From: Candidatus Cloacimonadales bacterium
GTDB taxonomy: Bacteria > Cloacimonadota > Cloacimonadia > Cloacimonadales > JAFGVF01
Reading direction: 5' to 3'
DNA length: 64,000 nt
Assembly: GCA_963663475.2 (NCBI GenBank)
Contig: CAXXJV010000001.1
Coordinates: 2,048,001 to 2,112,000 of the forward strand
Shown here: piece after piece, positions 1 through 10,908 of the stretch
Position numbering within the stretch: position 1 is the first letter of the stretch
Layout of the letters: each line of letters opens with the position of its first letter
Made by a program: the position numbers and the translations under genes
The notes under the pieces: generated by a model
The model's input: the letters and a program-made list of their open reading frames with translations, nothing else
Told to the model about the DNA's origin: nothing
Databases searched by the model: none

Positions 1-1602
1 TGGTATTCCTGTTACATTAATTGCTGCAGGAACTTTAACCCACATTTTTAAAGATGGGTCGCTGAGCATGTTGTAAACATGGAAATAGAACTGAACATAA
101 CCACCATCTTCTCTATCAAGTGGATAATTCTGATAAAGTTCAATTTTACCATCTAAAACAGTTGAACCAAAAATTCTTGTATGATTGTCTAAAAGACTAG
201 CAAACATACCAGTTGAAATTGCATTATTAAATTTAGTTTTAGTGTGTAAATCAGAAGGTCCTACAAAGGCAATAGCACCCTTAGGGTTAGAAATAGAACC
301 CATTCTCATCCAATATTCACCAAAACTAGGATTAACTGAATTGGCAAAATCACCAGTGTTACACACAATAGAGTAAACTACAGGAAGCTTATTAACATTA
401 TTAACTGTAGCTAAATCACCCATATGGAAAAGAGGATAATGCCAGCCGTTTGCATCGCCCCAACCACGATAAGAAATATACTGAACACCATTAGTAATAG
501 CTGAAGCTATAGTAGTGTTTCCAGGATATGTTGGAGGATAATAAACTGTATCTACTTGAGCAAATCCATTCTCTAAGAATCTTTCACGTACCCAACGTGA
601 CATTCTAACAGGGGTTGAAGGCTGAAGATTATTCTCAGCATAATTACCTGCTACTACAAGGGCTTTATTCATCCAAGCATTATCAGAACCAGCTTCTATA
701 GCAGGATCTCTTTCATAAACAATAGTTTTGTTTGTTTGCACAGCTAAGCTAAGTGGATCACCAATTGAAAATCTACCAATAAGTGCTTCAGGGAAATAGT
801 CATCATCATCACCCTCGAGTAAGGTATAAAAATTATCATCTGCATCATTTTCTGTTCCATCTGGTGAAATAAACATGTTAGTAGGAATTATAAAAGAACC
901 TGAAGTATCACCAACAAGAAGAATATAATCTGGCTTGTGTTCTTCGTAATAAGCAGCAATGTTCTGTTTAACTATAGAAGCAGAAGTCCAAGAAGGATCT
1001 TTTAACATCGTGTCAACATGGAATCCTGCAGATCTTTTCCAATTAACAAAGATATTTAAAAATGCATCTAAACTATTAGAAGGATAGACAATTAACATCT
1101 TTGGTTGTGAATAAGGAAGAGATGCTAAGTAAGAATCATTATAGTTGAAAGCTAGTTTTTGATAAGCTGATACAAATGCTTCAGAAATTGCTTGTGGCAT
1201 TTCAATATTATCAGTAGCTCTGATTTCAAAATCCAGGGCTTGTAAAACCTGTCTTCCATTTCTAACATTATTATTTACAAGGATATCAACAGTAAAACCA
1301 TGCATTTCTCTCATTTGGAAAGAGTGAGAAAGAGTAACGATGTTTTGATTAAAATTTCTTGTTGATTCAATAACGTTGTTATTTTCATCATAAGTTACTA
1401 GAAGGGCTGAATTAATATGTAATTGAGCTTGGCTTGCAGGTAGAGCAAATGTTCTACTAACAAATTCTGGTAAATTATCAGTTCTCGTCAATTCATAGGA
1501 GTAGTTAACACTACTTCCAAAGGTGTTTGCTTGTTCATTACCTAAAGCAAAAATGCTAGTAAATAGCATTAAGGCAATAAGCGTATAAAAAAACTTCTTC
1601 AT
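1..1602 (-). CDS. C25 (gingipain-like) peptidase family protein, 3'-truncated by the window edge
   Basis: Not in the ORF track because it runs off the edge. Manual translation: signal peptide MKKFFYTLIALMLFTSIFA, YILLVGD, DNFYTLLEGDDDDYFPEALIGRF, SYRGWG, YSIVCNTG, GAIAFVG, YNMLSDPSL. GGAGG RBS upstream of the ATG at 1602. Confidence 0.85.
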   Translation of the reverse strand, partial: MKKFFYTLIALMLFTSIFALGNEQANTFGSSVNYSYELTRTDNLPEFVSRTFALPASQAQLHINSALLVTYDENNNVIESTRNFNQNIVTLSHSFQMREMHGFTVDILVNNNVRNGRQVLQALDFEIRATDNIEMPQAISEAFVSAYQKLAFNYNDSYLASLPYSQPKMLIVYPSNSLDAFLNIFVNWKRSAGFHVDTMLKDPSWTSASIVKQNIAAYYEEHKPDYILLVGDTSGSFIIPTNMFISPDGTENDADDNFYTLLEGDDDDYFPEALIGRFSIGDPLSLAVQTNKTIVYERDPAIEAGSDNAWMNKALVVAGNYAENNLQPSTPVRMSRWVRERFLENGFAQVDTVYYPPTYPGNTTIASAITNGVQYISYRGWGDANGWHYPLFHMGDLATVNNVNKLPVVYSIVCNTGDFANSVNPSFGEYWMRMGSISNPKGAIAFVGPSDLHTKTKFNNAISTGMFASLLDNHTRIFGSTVLDGKIELYQNYPLDREDGGYVQFYFHVYNMLSDPSLKMWVKVPAAINVTGIP

Positions 1603-1852
1603 ATGTTTCCTCCAGATTAATTTCAATATTATATCATTTCTTCTTTAAAAAAATCTTCCACAATCATGTCAAAGCTATTAAAACTTTAATAATTACCTAT
1701 GCAATTTATATTCCTATGGCTTTGTTATCTTAAATAATAATAAAAAAGTTTATGAAATTAAAGTCAAGATTGGAACAAAAAATGTATAACATTAACTTAC
1801 ATGCCCAGAGAAAAGATTTTAAATAGATCAAAACACAATTAAGGAGTTAATT

Positions 1853-4800
1853 ATGAGTAAAAAACTGTTTTTTACAACACTTATTTTACTGTTTTTAGTT
1901 TCTATTTCTGCATTACATGTAGAAATTGGAACACAAGATGGCACTTCTAGTTATATTCCAGCTTATGGATTTTATGACTATGGCTGGAGTAGAGTAGTTT
2001 ATACTAGTTCAACTATTGGTACTTCTATGGATATTGATGGGATTAGTTATTATGTAACAAATGAACCATCTAATTACACAATGCCTAACCAACAAATTTA
2101 TCTTAAACACACAAGTGAAAATGGCTTCACTTCTGCTACATATCTTGATCCAACAAGTGATGAAAGCTATGAATTAGTTTATGATGGAGAAGTTACTTAC
2201 TCAGGCTCTGGCTGGGTACAGATAACTTTTGATAATGAGTTCTCTTATAATGGACAAGATAATCTTGAAGTATATTTCGTCAATAATGATGGCGATTATG
2301 CATCAGGTAACCCAACTTTTGCAACTTCTTCTGTTGCAGGAGATGTATCTTATGCAATTTATAAGTATGCTGATAATAACTTTCCTGCTGTAGAAGGTTC
2401 TTTAGCAAGCTTTATTCCGCTAACTCGTCTGCATTATACTGCTGAGGGAGCTCCAACTCCTGCAACTTTAACTGCACCTGAGAATGCGAGTTTAAACATA
2501 ACTGCTCCAGTTACTTTAGAGTGGACTGCAGGAGAAAATACAGAAACATATGATGTATATTTCTCAAATGATTTTGCCTTAGTTAGCAATAATGATCCTT
2601 CTGTTTTAGTAGCACAACAATCTGCTACTAGCTATAGTGTAGAAGAACTTGCTACATTAACAAACTATTTTTGGAAAGTAGTTTCTCAAACATCTGCATC
2701 TGAATATTCAGCTACAAGTCCTGTTTTTTCATTCACCAGTGCTGCTAGTGATGATACCATTATTCTTGGTTCAGGACAAGAAATCAATCAAGGCTTACCA
2801 ATGGAGCCATATTTTGGTTATACTATTTCCCAAACTATTTATCTTCAGGAATGGATTAATGTTTCCAACCAGGGTATAGAACAAATAGGCTACTATTATA
2901 ATGGTAATTCTGCATTTACTGAAGATAATATTCAAATTTGGATGGCTCATACTGATCTTGATGAATTTGCTGATGGTGATAGCTGGGTTACTCAAGACCA
3001 GCTCTTATTAGTTTATGAAGGTCCATTTACAGTACCTCAAGAGGAAGGTTGGGTAGCAATTACCTTAGATATACCATTTGCATATAATAATAGTCAAAAT
3101 CTTTTAGTTGCTTTTGAAGCAAACACTGAAGGTTTTTCTACATCATCAGATGAATTCTTTGCAACTAGTGTAACTAGTAACCAAAGTTTAGAAAAACATA
3201 ATGATTCTAATAATTATGACTTTATCACACCTGTAACAGGTACAGTTAGAACAAGTTATCCTAATACTATGTTTACTTTTGGTGACTTACCTACAGAACC
3301 TGTTTTGTTAGTTACACCTGAATCATATGCTTGGCAACCTGTAATTATGGGTACACAAAGTATTCCTACAGTATTTTCACTTCGTAATAGTGGTATAGGA
3401 ACTTTGACAATTAATAGTGTAGAAATTACTACACAAGATGAATTTATCTTAATAGATGATAACACTTATCCTCTTGCTATTAGTGGAAATACTGCTCAGT
3501 TCTCAGTTGTATTCCAGCCTGAAAGTGTTGGTGATTTCACAGCTGATATTACTATTACTGATTCTGATGGAAATGAAACAATTCTTCCTTTATCAGGTAG
3601 TGGTTATGATGCAACTATAACTGAATTTCCTCACTTTGAAGGCTTTGAAGATGTAGCTTCCAATGAGCTTCCACAAGATTGGAATGCTATTATTAATGCT
3701 TCTTCTTCAGCTGCTTATGCTGAAGTTGGTACTTTAAATCCTTATGAAGGTAATAAAGTTTTACGTCTTTATAATTCAGGAGATGCTAATCCAGAAGATA
3801 TTAAAGCAATTACTCCTCCTTTAGCAGGAATGAATACAAAGAGAGTTAAATTCTATGCTAGAGCTTCTTCAGAAAATGGAACAGTTCTAAGTGTTGGAAC
3901 TACTTCATCTAACACTAATCCTGCAATGTATAATGAAATTGTAAGTCTTGATTTAACTAATGAATACCAACAGTTCTATGTGCATTTTGATCAAATCTCA
4001 GAAGATGATAATATGGTATGTTTCGATTATATTGGTTCAGGTTCAACCTACACAACAATCTATATCGATAATGTCACTATTGAAGAGATTCCTACAGGCT
4101 CATATGCTGAGTTTAGTCCAACTGAATTTGATTTAGGTAATGTATATCTAAACAGAACAGCAAATGGTGAAGTTTATGCAGAGAACTGGGGTGCTACTGA
4201 TTTAGTTCTTGATTTAACTCCAGATGCTACTTTCACTTTTGCTGAAGAACAAGTTACTGTTTCTTCTGGTAATTCTGGTGTAGTTGAATTTACTTTTAAT
4301 CCTCAGGTGGAAGGTGAATTTACTGGCTCATTTACTATTGCAACCAATGCTGATAACTTACCAGAACAAGTTATTACAGTTACTGCTCAAGTACTTCCTG
4401 CTTTACCAGAAGGTCTTGCTATTATCGGAGATGGAACTACTACTGGCCAAGGACTTCCTTTTGAACCATTCTATCGTCATTCTTATTCTCAATCAATATA
4501 TCTAGCTAATGAAATTGGTATTGAAGGTCAAAGACTTGAAAATATTTCATGGCATTATAATGGTAATAGTGCTTGGGGACCAGATGAATTCAGAATTCTA
4601 CTTGGTCATACTGATGAAACTTCATTTGCTGATTCAGAATCATGGATTGATGCATCAGAACTTTCAGAAGTATTTACTGGTACTATTAATGTACCTCAAG
4701 AAGATGGTTGGATTGATATTCAACTTGATATGCCTTTTGTTTATGATAACAATCAGAATTTAGTTGTAGCTGTTTTCCATTCTGTACCAGATTATCATTC

Positions 4801-6871
4801 TTCAAGTGATGAATTCTATTGCACTGAAAGTCCTGATACTCGTTCAATTCTTTATTATAGTGATTCTACTATTCCTGATCCTACTGCACCTCCAACAGCA
4901 AACTATATGCGTACTGCCTATCCTAATGTTAAACTTCAGTTTGGTGAAGTTCCTGCTAGTGCTGATATGATAGTTTATCCAACAGCTAACACTTTCGAAA
5001 TGGTTGCTGTTAATGGTAGTTCTCAAGAAAAAACTATCACTATGAGATCTGTTGGTTTAGCAGATGTTACTGTTGCTGATGCTCCTGTTATCATTGGCGG
5101 TGATGCAGACCAATTTACAATCACAAGTGATGAAAATACATATCCTATAGTTCTTCCTTTCATGGAAACAGCTAGTATTGGCATTTCTTTCACACCTAGC
5201 TCTGAAGGTACAAAAACAGCTGTTTTAGAAGTTGTTGATAATGCTACAAGAGAGACTAGAACTGTTACTCTTAATGGTTATGCATATGCTGACGATGGTA
5301 ACGATCTTCCTGTTGATGCAACTAACTTGACACTACCTGTAAACGGTGATACCTATGCTATCATGCCTATTGGTGACATAGACTGGTATAAAATCCCAGC
5401 TATGGGCATTGGTGATACTTTAATGGTTTCAACTGAAGCTGCTAACGGATCAAGTATTTCAGTTAAAGCATGGCTATATGGTCCTGTAGATGATCCTGCA
5501 AATATCAGTGGCGGTAATTCTATCGCTAATGGTTATGATATTGAACATGTTTTACCTGCTAGTGGTGACTACTATCTTAGAGTTGCCCAATCTTCAGTTG
5601 CTCCGACTCAGGATAATTCAGATGTTGAAAGAAAGAACTTCAATGGTGAGAATAGCAGATTAACTCGTGATGATACAGGTCTTTATAATCTTTATGTAGA
5701 TGCAAATTACAACTATGATTATAATGCTCCATTTAACTTAGAAGCTACTAACAGTAATGGGTTTGTAGAACTTACCTGGCAAGAGCCAGAATATGAGAGA
5801 TATTTAGTGAGTTATAATGTATATAGAGATGATGTCCAAATCAATGACGATGCTATTGAAATTGGTACTAACTCATATAACGATGCTAATGTAATTGTTG
5901 GTCAAGAATACACTTACTATGTTGTAGCTGTTTATGAAGAACCTAATGGTCAATCTTTACCTTCTAATACTGTAGCTATTACTTACTTTAATTCAGGTGC
6001 TCCACTTTGGGGTGATAATTTTGAAGACCATGAAGATTTCACTATAAATCTTGGTAATTGGATTCAACATGATCTTGATGGTGAAGGTACTTATGGAATT
6101 AGTAATGTTGAGTTTGAAAATGCTGGTTCACCAATGTCATATATGGTATTTAATCCAAATACAACAACTCCACCTATCACTGATATGAATGCTTATGAAG
6201 GTGATAAATTCCTTGCTTCATTTGCTTCTTCTGCAGGAACAAATGATGACTGGATTGTATCTCCACTTTTAACAGTAGGAACTACAACTGTTGTCTCATT
6301 CTATGCTAGGTCATATACTGATGAATATGGTTTAGAAAAATTCAGAGTTAAAATGTCTTTAGGTGGTGATCAACCAAGTGACTTCCAATATTCACTTCAT
6401 CAAGGTGTTGATTATTTAGAAGCTCCAACACAATGGACTCCTTACTACTTTAACTTAAGTGATTTAGTAGGAACTAACATAAGAATAGCTATTCAATGTG
6501 TTAGTAATGACGCTTTTGTATTCATGGTAGATGATTTTAGAATTGATTCAACAGAAGATGGTGTTGATAATGATGATCCACAAGTTGCTCCACTTATGAG
6601 CACTTTAGAGCAAAACTATCCAAACCCATTCAATCCTGAAACATTAATTTCTTATACACTTAAAAATGCTGGTAAAGTTTCACTTGAGATTTATAACCTA
6701 AAAGGTCAAAGAGTAAAAACTTTAGTTAATAAGCAAGAGAATGCTGGACAGCATGCTGTTGTATGGAATGGTCAAGATGATAAAGGTAATGCTGTTTCAT
6801 CTGGCGTATATTTCTATAAGTTAAAATCTGGAAACTATACATCAACTCGCAAAATGATTTTATTAAAATAA
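1853..6871 (+). CDS. Large secreted multidomain adhesin-like protein (repeated beta domains, ASH/Ig-like, FN3, cleaved-adhesin domain, FlgD-Ig/T9SS-like CTD)
   Basis: Signal peptide; FN3-like LTWQEP...YNVYRD; cleaved-adhesin-like NDDWIVSP...VSFYARS; C-terminal QNYPNPFNP...KMILLK; AGGAG RBS. Confidence 0.8.
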   Translation: MSKKLFFTTLILLFLVSISALHVEIGTQDGTSSYIPAYGFYDYGWSRVVYTSSTIGTSMDIDGISYYVTNEPSNYTMPNQQIYLKHTSENGFTSATYLDPTSDESYELVYDGEVTYSGSGWVQITFDNEFSYNGQDNLEVYFVNNDGDYASGNPTFATSSVAGDVSYAIYKYADNNFPAVEGSLASFIPLTRLHYTAEGAPTPATLTAPENASLNITAPVTLEWTAGENTETYDVYFSNDFALVSNNDPSVLVAQQSATSYSVEELATLTNYFWKVVSQTSASEYSATSPVFSFTSAASDDTIILGSGQEINQGLPMEPYFGYTISQTIYLQEWINVSNQGIEQIGYYYNGNSAFTEDNIQIWMAHTDLDEFADGDSWVTQDQLLLVYEGPFTVPQEEGWVAITLDIPFAYNNSQNLLVAFEANTEGFSTSSDEFFATSVTSNQSLEKHNDSNNYDFITPVTGTVRTSYPNTMFTFGDLPTEPVLLVTPESYAWQPVIMGTQSIPTVFSLRNSGIGTLTINSVEITTQDEFILIDDNTYPLAISGNTAQFSVVFQPESVGDFTADITITDSDGNETILPLSGSGYDATITEFPHFEGFEDVASNELPQDWNAIINASSSAAYAEVGTLNPYEGNKVLRLYNSGDANPEDIKAITPPLAGMNTKRVKFYARASSENGTVLSVGTTSSNTNPAMYNEIVSLDLTNEYQQFYVHFDQISEDDNMVCFDYIGSGSTYTTIYIDNVTIEEIPTGSYAEFSPTEFDLGNVYLNRTANGEVYAENWGATDLVLDLTPDATFTFAEEQVTVSSGNSGVVEFTFNPQVEGEFTGSFTIATNADNLPEQVITVTAQVLPALPEGLAIIGDGTTTGQGLPFEPFYRHSYSQSIYLANEIGIEGQRLENISWHYNGNSAWGPDEFRILLGHTDETSFADSESWIDASELSEVFTGTINVPQEDGWIDIQLDMPFVYDNNQNLVVAVFHSVPDYHSSSDEFYCTESPDTRSILYYSDSTIPDPTAPPTANYMRTAYPNVKLQFGEVPASADMIVYPTANTFEMVAVNGSSQEKTITMRSVGLADVTVADAPVIIGGDADQFTITSDENTYPIVLPFMETASIGISFTPSSEGTKTAVLEVVDNATRETRTVTLNGYAYADDGNDLPVDATNLTLPVNGDTYAIMPIGDIDWYKIPAMGIGDTLMVSTEAANGSSISVKAWLYGPVDDPANISGGNSIANGYDIEHVLPASGDYYLRVAQSSVAPTQDNSDVERKNFNGENSRLTRDDTGLYNLYVDANYNYDYNAPFNLEATNSNGFVELTWQEPEYERYLVSYNVYRDDVQINDDAIEIGTNSYNDANVIVGQEYTYYVVAVYEEPNGQSLPSNTVAITYFNSGAPLWGDNFEDHEDFTINLGNWIQHDLDGEGTYGISNVEFENAGSPMSYMVFNPNTTTPPITDMNAYEGDKFLASFASSAGTNDDWIVSPLLTVGTTTVVSFYARSYTDEYGLEKFRVKMSLGGDQPSDFQYSLHQGVDYLEAPTQWTPYYFNLSDLVGTNIRIAIQCVSNDAFVFMVDDFRIDSTEDGVDNDDPQVAPLMSTLEQNYPNPFNPETLISYTLKNAGKVSLEIYNLKGQRVKTLVNKQENAGQHAVVWNGQDDKGNAVSSGVYFYKLKSGNYTSTRKMILLK

Positions 6872-6913
6872 AATCTTATATTGCCTAGATGTAAAAATCT
6901 ACGATATAGAATT

Positions 6914-6938
6914 AAAGCCCTGCTAGCAGGGCTTTTTT
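6914..6938 (+). terminator. Intrinsic terminator
   Basis: AAAGCCCTGCTAGCAGGGC followed by a T-run, just after the adhesin stop. Confidence 0.85.
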
Positions 6939-7036
6939 CATATTTCAAATAAAGATCTACTGCACCATTCGGTTAAAATATAAGTGTTTGCTCTTGTTCA
7001 ATCTAGGTGAATATACTAGTTCAGTGTCTCTTAGCA

Positions 7037-7111
7037 TGCTTATTCCTTCCTTTACAGTCTTTCGATGAAATACGGACTTTCATCGAAAGACTGTAAAGGA
7101 AGGATTAAGCA
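7037..7111. repeat. Long palindrome family, copy 1
   Basis: 34-bp arms with 1 mismatch (core TCCTTCCTTTACAGTCTTTCGATGAAA), 7-nt loop TACGGAC. Confidence 0.95.
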
Positions 7112-7274
7112 AGGATAGGTTGAGGAGGAAGGGTGACCACCTATGAAACTTAAGGCTAGCTAATTATTGCCTATGATAATCTAATATTGAAAATTAAGCT
7201 GGTAATAAGTATTACAAGCAAACATATTGACAAAATATAACAATGATAAAAAATGATGCAATCAATAATAATAA

Positions 7275-7381
7275 ACCCGAATAATGCAGTTGAACTTTGC
7301 CAATAGCAGAATCTAGCACTCTTCACCTGTGATACCTAGCTTGAGCGAAGTATTATCAAAGTTTTACTGCACCATTCGGGA
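7275..7381 (+). mobile_element. MITE-like fold-back element, copy A
   Basis: Imperfect ~25-bp TIRs ACCCGAATAATGCAGTTGAACTTTG / CAAAGTTTTACTGCACCATTCGGGA; homologous to copies at 16295, 30647, 41205, 51127 and 58320. Confidence 0.75.
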
Positions 7382-7392
7382 TAAAGGTCAAT

Positions 7393-9279
7393 ATGAGTAA
7401 AAAAATAAAAATAATTAGTAGTAAGATTTTTAAGTATAAGACAAATTTAACTGTGGGAATCATAACAATGATTTTCTTTGCAATGTTCAGTGGTGCTACG
7501 ATAACCTTATTAGCCCCCTTATTTGATTATGTTTTCACAGATTTGGACAGACCTGTAATTTATACTTCTGGACAGGAAATATTCAAGGCAATTTCTCAAG
7601 AAACAGTTGATTTCTTTCAATCTGAATCTTTTAATATATTCAATAAAGATAGTATTGATATTCTCATAGATGGCTATAAGGGAGTTTTTAGAGACTCTTC
7701 ACCTATCCAGTTATTATATCTAGTTCTAGTAATAATTTTCATAGCCCTATTATTAAAGAACTTATTTTATCTACTCAATCGCTATTCTTTCACTGCTCTT
7801 AAATCAAAGGCAGTGAGAGATATTAGGAATGAAATATTTGATAGCTATCTGAAACAATCCGTTGCCTTCTTTAATAAGAATAGAGTCGGAGATTCTATTG
7901 TTAGAATGGTTAATGATGTCAATATGATTAGTGATCTTTATATTACCTCAATTTTTAATATCTTTAGGGATTTGCTAACAGTAATTATCTTTATTTTTAT
8001 TGCTATGTTTATTAATACTCAGCTATTCTTGATGAGTTTAGTAATTGTACCAATCTTTACCTATGGAGTTTCTTTTCTAGGTAAAAAGATAAAAAAGTAT
8101 GCTAAAAGAATCCAGGGACAAGCTTCAATGTTGTTTTCCAATATTGAAGAAGTATTATCTAGTATGAAAATAGTTAAAGCCTTTTCTAAAGAAGATTATG
8201 AGCAAGAGAGAATGGGTAAGATTAATGATAAATACATGAAACTCAAGATAAAAAGTCAGATTTATGCAGCTCTAAATGTTCCATTATCTGAACTAACTTC
8301 TATGGCTACTGGAATAATTGTTATTCTTTTAGGTGCTAGAATGATTGTTGATCATCAATCTTCATTTTCTTTAGGATCTTTTACAGCCTTCTTAGCTGCT
8401 ATTTTCTCTATGCTTCACCCACTAAAAGTTCTTACTAAGGCTTATACAGATTTTAAAAAAGCTAATGTATCACTAGATAGAGTAGCTGAAGTGATTCACT
8501 TGGAACAAGAGATTAGGGAAGTAGCAAAGCCAGTTGAGAAAAAGAAATTTACAGACAGGATAGAATTAAAGAATGTCGTCTTTGGTTATAAAGAAAATTT
8601 ACCAGTTATTAATGATGTATCTTTCACAATTAACAAGGGAGAAAGAATAGGGATTGTAGGGTCTTCAGGATCAGGAAAATCAACTATTATAAACTTGATT
8701 AATAGACTCTATGATTACAATAAGGGTTTGATAACAATTGACGGAATAGCAATAAATCAAATCAAGATCTCCGACCTACGAGCTTTGTTTGGTCTAGTTA
8801 CCCAGGAATCCATTCTTTTTAGTGATACTATTGCCAATAATATAACTTATGGGGCAAGAAAAACTGTAAGCAGACAAGATATAATTGCTGCTGCAGAAAT
8901 TGCATATGCTAGCGAATTTATAGAGAAATTAGAGGATTCATATGATCATATGCTTGATACAAAGGGTTCTAATCTGTCTGGTGGTCAAAAACAGAGAATC
9001 TGCATAGCTAGGGCTATTATTGATAATCCACCAATCTTAATTTTTGATGAAGCTACTAGTGCTTTAGATACTGATTCTGAAAATAATGTGCAAATAGCAA
9101 TTGAAAAAGCTACCAAAAATAGAACAGTTATTATGATTGCTCATAGACTTTCAACTATCATAAATAGTGATAAGATTGTGGTTATGGAGGCTGGAAAAGT
9201 GGTTGGTATTGGTAAGCATGAAGACTTATTAGTAACTTGTGAGAGATATAAAGAATTGTATGAACTACAATATAAGTAG
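7393..9279 (+). CDS. msbA: MsbA-like ABC exporter (TMD-NBD), probable lipid A-core flippase
   Basis: N-terminal TM helices; GSSGSGKS, LSGGQ, IFDEATS; heads an LPS gene cluster. Confidence 0.75.
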   Translation: MSKKIKIISSKIFKYKTNLTVGIITMIFFAMFSGATITLLAPLFDYVFTDLDRPVIYTSGQEIFKAISQETVDFFQSESFNIFNKDSIDILIDGYKGVFRDSSPIQLLYLVLVIIFIALLLKNLFYLLNRYSFTALKSKAVRDIRNEIFDSYLKQSVAFFNKNRVGDSIVRMVNDVNMISDLYITSIFNIFRDLLTVIIFIFIAMFINTQLFLMSLVIVPIFTYGVSFLGKKIKKYAKRIQGQASMLFSNIEEVLSSMKIVKAFSKEDYEQERMGKINDKYMKLKIKSQIYAALNVPLSELTSMATGIIVILLGARMIVDHQSSFSLGSFTAFLAAIFSMLHPLKVLTKAYTDFKKANVSLDRVAEVIHLEQEIREVAKPVEKKKFTDRIELKNVVFGYKENLPVINDVSFTINKGERIGIVGSSGSGKSTIINLINRLYDYNKGLITIDGIAINQIKISDLRALFGLVTQESILFSDTIANNITYGARKTVSRQDIIAAAEIAYASEFIEKLEDSYDHMLDTKGSNLSGGQKQRICIARAIIDNPPILIFDEATSALDTDSENNVQIAIEKATKNRTVIMIAHRLSTIINSDKIVVMEAGKVVGIGKHEDLLVTCERYKELYELQYK

Positions 9280-9305
9280 TTTTTAATATAAAATAAGGAA
9301 AGTCT

Positions 9306-9704
9306 ATGAAGAAAATACTAACTTATGGGACTTTTGATTTGTTTCATTATGGTCATCTTAGAATTTTACAAAGGGCTAAGGCTTTAGGAGATTATCTGAT
9401 TGTAGCTGTATCAACTGATGAGTTTAATCATATTAAAAACAAAAAAAGTACTTACCCCTATGCAGAAAGAGCAGCCATAGTTGAAGCAATTAAGTATGTA
9501 GATCAAGTTATTCCAGAGAATGACTGGGAACAGAAAATTGATGATATAATAAAACATAAGATTGATATTATGGTAATGGGAGATGACTGGAGAGGAAAAT
9601 TTGATTATCTCAAAGACTATTGTCAGGTTGTCTATCTAGAAAGAACACCTAATATTTCTTCCACAGAGATAAAAGAAGATATCAGGGGAAATAAAAAAAG
9701 CTGA
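9306..9704 (+). CDS. tagD: Glycerol-3-phosphate cytidylyltransferase
   Basis: TYGTFDLFHYGH, MGDDW, RTPNISST. Confidence 0.9.
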   Translation: MKKILTYGTFDLFHYGHLRILQRAKALGDYLIVAVSTDEFNHIKNKKSTYPYAERAAIVEAIKYVDQVIPENDWEQKIDDIIKHKIDIMVMGDDWRGKFDYLKDYCQVVYLERTPNISSTEIKEDIRGNKKS

Positions 9705-10753
9705 TGAACTTTAAGAAAGTACGTTACCTACCAATTTACTGGTTACTTTGGAATAGTAATAAAAAATCTTCTAATAATAAAGTAGTTGATTTCTATTGTG
9801 ATAATCTAACAGATTATATTTGCTTTAAGAAAATATTAAAAAAGTTTCCTAAGATTAGGCTTATTGCTAAAAATCAAGATCTGCAAAAAAAGTTATCAAA
9901 ACTGGGTATTGAATCAAAGCTTTATCCTTCCTATCCTGATGTGGTTATTATGTGTCGTCATTCAACATGGCGCTATCCTTTAAAAAGAATCAAGAAGATA
10001 GGAATGAGGCATGGACCTTATCACTTCAAAGATTTTATTAAATCAGATTATTATAATGAATTTGATCTCTTCATGTTTACTTCTCCAACTGAAGCTAGGC
10101 AAGCTATGGAAAGGGGAATTAATAATGGAGTAGGAGTAGGTTTTCCTAAATTAGATGATGCTTTCGATGGAACTATTAGCCAAGAAAATTTAGATTCCTT
10201 GATTGATAAGCTAAAACTCATGAGAGATAAGGCAACCATTATTTTCTCTGCAACTTGGAGTAAAAGCAATTACTCAGCAATTGATAAATGGTATGATAAA
10301 TTAGGTGATTTAGCAGATAAGTATAATGTACTAGTAACTGTACATGAGTGGACACCTGATAAGATTAAAGAAACAATAAAAAATACTCCTGGGATTAAAT
10401 ACATTGAAGATAAAGAAATTTTACCTTACTTAATGATATCTGATTTAATGATAGGTGATATTTCTTCGATAATAGCCGAGTTTATGGCTCTTAACAAAAA
10501 AGTAATTACTTTTAAAATTCCAGTAGGGGGAAGGATTAGTCAAGAAATAGTTCAGATGTTAGAAGAAACTAGCTATAGAGTTGAAAATTATTCTCAAATG
10601 TGTGCTACTATTGAATATGCCTTAAGTCATGATGATGTGTATAGAGATAAAAGAGCATACTATAATGAGAGAATGTTTGGTAAATTAGATGGTAAAGCCC
10701 ATGCCAGAGCTATAAAAGAAATTAATAAAATTCTTGGGCAATCTAATGACTAA
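9704..10753 (+). CDS. CDP-glycerol glycerophosphotransferase-like protein (TagB/TagF family)
   Basis: RHG, VGFPKLD, IIFSATW, SDLMIGDISSIIAEF, DGKA motifs; translationally coupled to tagD. Confidence 0.75.
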   Translation: MNFKKVRYLPIYWLLWNSNKKSSNNKVVDFYCDNLTDYICFKKILKKFPKIRLIAKNQDLQKKLSKLGIESKLYPSYPDVVIMCRHSTWRYPLKRIKKIGMRHGPYHFKDFIKSDYYNEFDLFMFTSPTEARQAMERGINNGVGVGFPKLDDAFDGTISQENLDSLIDKLKLMRDKATIIFSATWSKSNYSAIDKWYDKLGDLADKYNVLVTVHEWTPDKIKETIKNTPGIKYIEDKEILPYLMISDLMIGDISSIIAEFMALNKKVITFKIPVGGRISQEIVQMLEETSYRVENYSQMCATIEYALSHDDVYRDKRAYYNERMFGKLDGKAHARAIKEINKILGQSND

Positions 10754-10908
10754 GATAAATTACTTGACTAAGAGACTCATTTCTAAAAATACTATTCTTT
10801 AAAAGTTTATTACTTGCAAGAAAGAACTTTCATGATTGATAGAAGAGAATATCAGCTTCTGAGCTGGAGAAAACTTCATAAAGAAAAACAAAAATAAGGT
10901 TGGATATA

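Noticed and set aside
185-5026. Small ORFs at 185, 2795, 3256, 4284, 4509 and 4844
   Set aside because: Shadow or alternative-frame ORFs inside the C25 and adhesin genes. The same applies to the other short overlapping ORFs in the track.
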